Below are positions 59,495 through 64,000 of a DNA stretch of 64,000 bases, in pieces. Within the stretch, counting starts at the first letter, position 1; every line of letters starts with the position of its first letter. A model generated the notes under the pieces. That model did no database searches. It was not told the origin of the DNA and worked only from the letters and a program-made list of their open reading frames with translations. Source of the stretch: Candidatus Micrarchaeota archaeon (lineage in GTDB: Archaea; Micrarchaeota; Micrarchaeia; Anstonellales; Bilamarchaeaceae); the NCBI GenBank assembly GCA_016926175.1, contig JAFGPA010000024.1, positions 279-64,278 on the forward strand, written 5' to 3'. Position numbers and translations under genes: made by a program.

Positions 59495-62400
59495 ATTCGC
59501 TTTGTTATTGGTTTTGGCTGCATTCACACAGCTGATCAACATTTCCTATGTTGACGGGCTAAACAGCGATTTCTCCAACATGCTCCTTGAAATAACCACT
59601 GACAATTCAAGCTATTATGCGGATTATGGCATTGTTGAAATGCATCCAAATCAATGGATAGTTGTAAGCGTGCCTGTTCCTGAAGAAAAGCATGCCATTA
59701 ATGTTCTTTCCAATGCTGACAATATCTATGCTCCGGATGCCGATCCATCCATTATTGAAGTAACTTACCAGCAATATTTCCGGCCTGATTTCTCCAACAT
59801 GCATGTCCAGTACGAAGGCTCTGGCGGAGCAGTCGATATTTCCTATATTGTAATCTCCATGTCTGAAGGCAATTGGGCTGTTATCGGCCTTGAAAGGCCT
59901 CCTGAAGGCAATGAGCAGATAATTATCCTTGCAACCCTTGACCAGATACCAGGGCAGGAAATGCAGGGGACAGTCGGAGAATTGCAGGCGCAAGAACAAG
60001 AACCTGTGCAGAAAGCACAGGAATCAGGATCTGCAATTACAGGAACTTCCCTTATAGATACCGATCCTGTGCTGGCTGCAATAGTTGCCCGGATAAAAGC
60101 AGACCTTGAAAACCAGACTGACTATGATTTCTCAAATTTCTACAATGACACTTATTCTGAGAATAACACCCATGTTCCTCCAGGCACCTCTCCATCCGGA
60201 AACTTGTCCGGTTTCATTTCAAATGCGCCGGAATATTTCAAAATGGAAATATTTGATTCATCCCGGGCAAAAGACATCAAGAAAATTGCCCGGCCAAAAG
60301 GAGAAAAATACAACTTTATCTTTGTCCCGGAAAACTATCCGGTAAAGGAAATGAAATTCAGGGATCTTGAAATTGCAGACGGGGAAAAAGGCTATCTTGG
60401 GCTGGAAATGCTGGCTTCGGGCCATACCCCCTTTGGAGACAATGCAGTGCAGGTATTTGCAATTGATCCAACAGAACTTAACTTCACAGAGGCGGAAGTC
60501 ACAGTCACTGCAAAAGGCACTGAACTCTACAAATGCGCTGAATGGGATTTTGCTTCCCAAACATGCAACGGAGACTGGATAAAAATAATGGACATCCTCC
60601 CTGGCCATGACTATGTCATCATATTAAACGCATCAGACCCTGCATATGCCGAATACTACCATTCATTGCTGGGAGCACCGCGATGCCTGAGTTTCCATTC
60701 TCCCTGCATTGCTGATTCATCATTGCTTATGTCAAGGGATGCACTCGCAACTCCTGAGCCAAATGCACCCAATACCATTGATTCATGTTTAGATGGCAGT
60801 GGCGGGACTTATGGATCTTCCTCAACAGTTGAAAATATCACAATCACAGGGATCACAGATTCAACTTTCAGCCCTGGAGATACTATAGACGCCAACATTT
60901 CAGTACGATGTTTCAACAGCAGCGAAAGGGTCAATATAGCATATACCAACAGCACTTCGAGCATCTGGTGGAAAGTCAAGTTTTCACAGCTTTGCCCTGG
61001 TGCTGGATGGTATTCTTTTAATGCGACTTTCGCCCTTGACAATGTTCCTGGCGAGCATGCTGTCCGTGCTATTATTGGGCCCAACACCTCAATTGCACCC
61101 GGCACTTATTGCGGCGCAGGAACTTTTGTTGACAATGATGATGTTTCATTCTTTGTTGCAGACTCATCATGTATCTCATCTGATCCAAACAGCTGGGTGG
61201 GCAAGCTTTTGCGTGTAAATTCAGGCGCATCATACTATGTTCTTGGAAATGTAAGCTTCTGCCAGGGCACCTACAATCTTTACACAGAATACCCTGCCCT
61301 TATAATGGGTGCCGAAGGCCACACACTCAACTGCAACGGGTCAACAATATATGGGGCGGGGCAGGGAACCGGGCTGCTCAGCAATTATAACAATACGAGG
61401 CTCAGAAGATGCACATTCGACGGCTTTGAAACAGGTATAAACATTATTGATATTGCAGAATCTACTGCTCCGTCTTCAACACCTGCCTGGGTGGCAACAT
61501 GGCCAAATCCGGCAACAACTGACCAGCTCAATGCTGTTGCCGTTGACAATGATGGAAACTATGTTGCGGTTGGCCACTATTCTGGTTCCGGGAATGACTG
61601 GCTTATAGTGAAAACTGATAAAAAAGGCAACAAGATATTCGAAAAAAGGATCAGCCCTTCTACAGGGGACGACCAGCTCCATGCAATTGATATTGATGGC
61701 GATGGCAATTATGTCATAGGCGGATTCTATTATTCCGGAGCAGGACAGGGTGTAAACTGGTATGTCGGGAAATACTATCCCAACGGCACTGAAATCTGGA
61801 ATGTGACCGGAGATTCTGGTTTTTTAGGCCTTGACGAACTTTATGATCTTGATGTTGATCCATATGGAGACATTGCCATTGCGGTTGCCGGATGGGGAGG
61901 TTCTGGTGCATATCGCGACTGGTTTATCACGCGCCTGAACTCAACGGGCGCAGTCCAGTGGACGACAAGAATAAATCCCGGTCCGGGCAATGATGTGCCT
62001 AATGCAATTAAAGCCGGCCATGATGGCCATTATGTAGTAGGGGGATTCTGGCGCAATGGAACGCATGATGACCTATATGTTGCAAAACTTCACTGGAGCG
62101 ATGGAAGCATATTGTGGGACTGGAACAAATCTCTTTCTACAAATGAAGACCGGATACATGATGTTGTAGTTGATCATGACGGAAACTACCTTATGGCAGG
62201 AAACACCGGTTCATCTTTCTCGGACGGGTATCTCGCAAAGTTTGCCCCTGACGGTACTTTGTTATGGGAAAAAGTACTGATCTATGGTACCGGGTGGGAC
62301 ATTCTTTTTGGCGCGGATATCAGTCCTGACGGAAATTATGTTGTTGGAGGATTTATAACCTTATCAAACCGCGATTGGGTCATAGCAAAAATTGATCCGG

Positions 62401-64000
62401 ATGGCAATTCCCTCTGGAATGTTACCTACCCTCCGGCGACAACAGGACATGATTATATCAATGATATTGCTGTTGATGATGAAGGCAATATAATAGCAGC
62501 CGGCTACTATGCAGCTTCAACAACTGATCCCATAATGGCAAAATTCACAACTGCCAAAAATACAATGTCAGGCATTGTCATCAGCAATGTTTCTGTTTAT
62601 AATACCAAACCAAATACTTTCCTCTCCATTCCAAATGCCGGGGCAGCTATAATCAATCTTTCTGTGGGCTACAATTCCACAGCAGGCAAAATCCATTATT
62701 CTTCCTTTGCCAATGTAGACGGCTTCCTCTCAACAGGCAATTTCCTTGTTGGTCCAGAGTTTGTTTCAATGAATGCAACTGAAACAGGAGATTTCAACAA
62801 ATCTGTAAACATCACGCTTTCATCTGTATGTGATGCTATCCAATATTACAAGGCACCGGGCTTTCCGCAGAACCAAAGCGCCATAACCAGTACAGGAAGC
62901 ATATTTGCCCCCCTATACAGCTCCTGTTCCGGCAATGTCGTAACTTTCAGTACAGACAATGCATTTAGTGGCTATACTGCCCTATCCTCATTCGATATAA
63001 CATCCTGCCTTGTCATTAATTCAAATGGCACCTACTCCCTGCAGAATGATCTTTTCGGAGCTCCAAATACAAGAGGCTCATACAATGCCTGCGTTGTTAT
63101 CGAGTCTTCCAATGTGACTTTGGATTGCAATACCTACTATATCATGAACAATGAAACTTCCGATGCTATCGGCATTTATGTCAACGGTTCCTACACAAAT
63201 ATTACTGTGCAGAACTGTCCGGCGATATCCAACTACCTTAACGGCATCTTAATCAATGGCATCAGCAACAGCACACTATCCAACAATATTGTCTACTATT
63301 CTTCCGGCGCAAGCATTCGTATGCAAAATGTAACATACACCAACATTACCAATAATACTGTATATGGCAGCGACTCTGGAATTTATGTTTCAGGAAACTC
63401 TGCCGGGAACCTCATTTCCCTCAATACCATAATGAATAATGAATATTATGGAATCCACCTGTTCGGTGCATACTCTGGAAAGATTGGGGAGAATACCGTC
63501 AAAAACAACCTTGGTAGCGGCATCCTGCTTGGAGGAGGCACAACAAATACATACACATACTCCAATAACATATCCAACAATTCAGAATACGGAATCCAGA
63601 TAGTTGCGTCTTCAGAGAACAATTCCTTTTACAATAACACCGTGATCAACAACAGCTGGTCAGGTATTTCTGTACAAAGCAGCCGCCAAAACATCACAAA
63701 CAATACAGTTGCCTACAATTCAGAACAGGGCATAGGCCTTTCGGGTTCCCATTCCAATAACATTTCAAACAACCTGATCTACAATAACAGCTTCAATGGC
63801 ATTCTCTTCAACAATGCCAACAACAGCAACGTAAGCTATAACAGCGTTTCAAACAATTCCATAAATGGAATCCAGCTCACTTCTTCAGGAAATAACTTCA
63901 GCAATAACAGCATCTATAAAAATGCGAATCATGGTCTCCTTCTGGGGCCATCATCACTGTCAAATAACCTTACCGGCAATGATGTTTTCAATAATACCCT
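59478..64000 (+). CDS. Giant adhesin-like surface protein, >1500 aa, partial at 3' (beta-propeller + NosD/pectin-lyase-like beta-helix)
   Basis: No stop found reading the frame from ATG 59478 toward the window end; seven D..GN....G....D....K....G...W blades; N.I.NN...GI repeats; many NxS/T sequons. Confidence 0.88.
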   Translation, partial: MRGQAEFALLLVLAAFTQLINISYVDGLNSDFSNMLLEITTDNSSYYADYGIVEMHPNQWIVVSVPVPEEKHAINVLSNADNIYAPDADPSIIEVTYQQYFRPDFSNMHVQYEGSGGAVDISYIVISMSEGNWAVIGLERPPEGNEQIIILATLDQIPGQEMQGTVGELQAQEQEPVQKAQESGSAITGTSLIDTDPVLAAIVARIKADLENQTDYDFSNFYNDTYSENNTHVPPGTSPSGNLSGFISNAPEYFKMEIFDSSRAKDIKKIARPKGEKYNFIFVPENYPVKEMKFRDLEIADGEKGYLGLEMLASGHTPFGDNAVQVFAIDPTELNFTEAEVTVTAKGTELYKCAEWDFASQTCNGDWIKIMDILPGHDYVIILNASDPAYAEYYHSLLGAPRCLSFHSPCIADSSLLMSRDALATPEPNAPNTIDSCLDGSGGTYGSSSTVENITITGITDSTFSPGDTIDANISVRCFNSSERVNIAYTNSTSSIWWKVKFSQLCPGAGWYSFNATFALDNVPGEHAVRAIIGPNTSIAPGTYCGAGTFVDNDDVSFFVADSSCISSDPNSWVGKLLRVNSGASYYVLGNVSFCQGTYNLYTEYPALIMGAEGHTLNCNGSTIYGAGQGTGLLSNYNNTRLRRCTFDGFETGINIIDIAESTAPSSTPAWVATWPNPATTDQLNAVAVDNDGNYVAVGHYSGSGNDWLIVKTDKKGNKIFEKRISPSTGDDQLHAIDIDGDGNYVIGGFYYSGAGQGVNWYVGKYYPNGTEIWNVTGDSGFLGLDELYDLDVDPYGDIAIAVAGWGGSGAYRDWFITRLNSTGAVQWTTRINPGPGNDVPNAIKAGHDGHYVVGGFWRNGTHDDLYVAKLHWSDGSILWDWNKSLSTNEDRIHDVVVDHDGNYLMAGNTGSSFSDGYLAKFAPDGTLLWEKVLIYGTGWDILFGADISPDGNYVVGGFITLSNRDWVIAKIDPDGNSLWNVTYPPATTGHDYINDIAVDDEGNIIAAGYYAASTTDPIMAKFTTAKNTMSGIVISNVSVYNTKPNTFLSIPNAGAAIINLSVGYNSTAGKIHYSSFANVDGFLSTGNFLVGPEFVSMNATETGDFNKSVNITLSSVCDAIQYYKAPGFPQNQSAITSTGSIFAPLYSSCSGNVVTFSTDNAFSGYTALSSFDITSCLVINSNGTYSLQNDLFGAPNTRGSYNACVVIESSNVTLDCNTYYIMNNETSDAIGIYVNGSYTNITVQNCPAISNYLNGILINGISNSTLSNNIVYYSSGASIRMQNVTYTNITNNTVYGSDSGIYVSGNSAGNLISLNTIMNNEYYGIHLFGAYSGKIGENTVKNNLGSGILLGGGTTNTYTYSNNISNNSEYGIQIVASSENNSFYNNTVINNSWSGISVQSSRQNITNNTVAYNSEQGIGLSGSHSNNISNNLIYNNSFNGILFNNANNSNVSYNSVSNNSINGIQLTSSGNNFSNNSIYKNANHGLLLGPSSLSNNLTGNDVFNNT

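Noticed and set aside
216..61911. Many antisense or overlapping ORFs (e.g. 4183-4779, 8835-9425, 24768-25595, 37782-38393, 40958-41560)
   Set aside because: They are shadow frames of well-supported genes, with no motifs or expression signals
1..64000. CRISPR array, IS element, integrase or prophage
   Set aside because: No repeat-spacer periodicity, transposase or integrase motifs, or duplicated tRNA 3' ends were seen
62990..64000. AAC/AAT-rich stretch as a DGR variable region or nucleotide repeat
   Set aside because: Explained by Asn-rich beta-helix coding; no reverse transcriptase or template repeat seen

Overview
Gene-dense archaeal chromosomal segment. TATA-type promoters, many leaderless genes, a stand-alone 5S rRNA, AMP phosphorylase plus R15P isomerase, a VirB2-like pilin and a giant surface protein point to a DPANN archaeon, probably Micrarchaeota (inference). 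Housekeeping content: aMBF1, FEN1, Sua5, class I LysRS, KsgA, hsp20-grpE-dnaK-dnaJ, purH, carAB, L1/L10/L12, S10, tRNA-Asp and an intron-containing tRNA-Tyr. No CRISPR array, transposase or integrase was seen. Best candidates for undescribed biology: (1) a surface operon at 56.0-64 kb with a secreted subunit, a membrane-anchored paralog of the same domain, a CWB2-like membrane protein and a >1500-aa adhesin, possibly a new filament system; (2) a copper-export operon opposite a membrane-anchored wHTH protein with a C-x5-C-x-H loop and a TGAAAC repeat array; (3) an Lrp-flanked amino-acid cluster (AsnA-like, YbaK-like, M20, AblB-like GNAT, aspartate kinase) with a duplicated, identically spaced operator array; (4) a circularly permuted L1-binding leader. 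Genes missing from the ORF track include L41e, a 38-aa ORF between dnaK and dnaJ, and the giant ORF. All family calls come from motif recognition by eye, not database searches.
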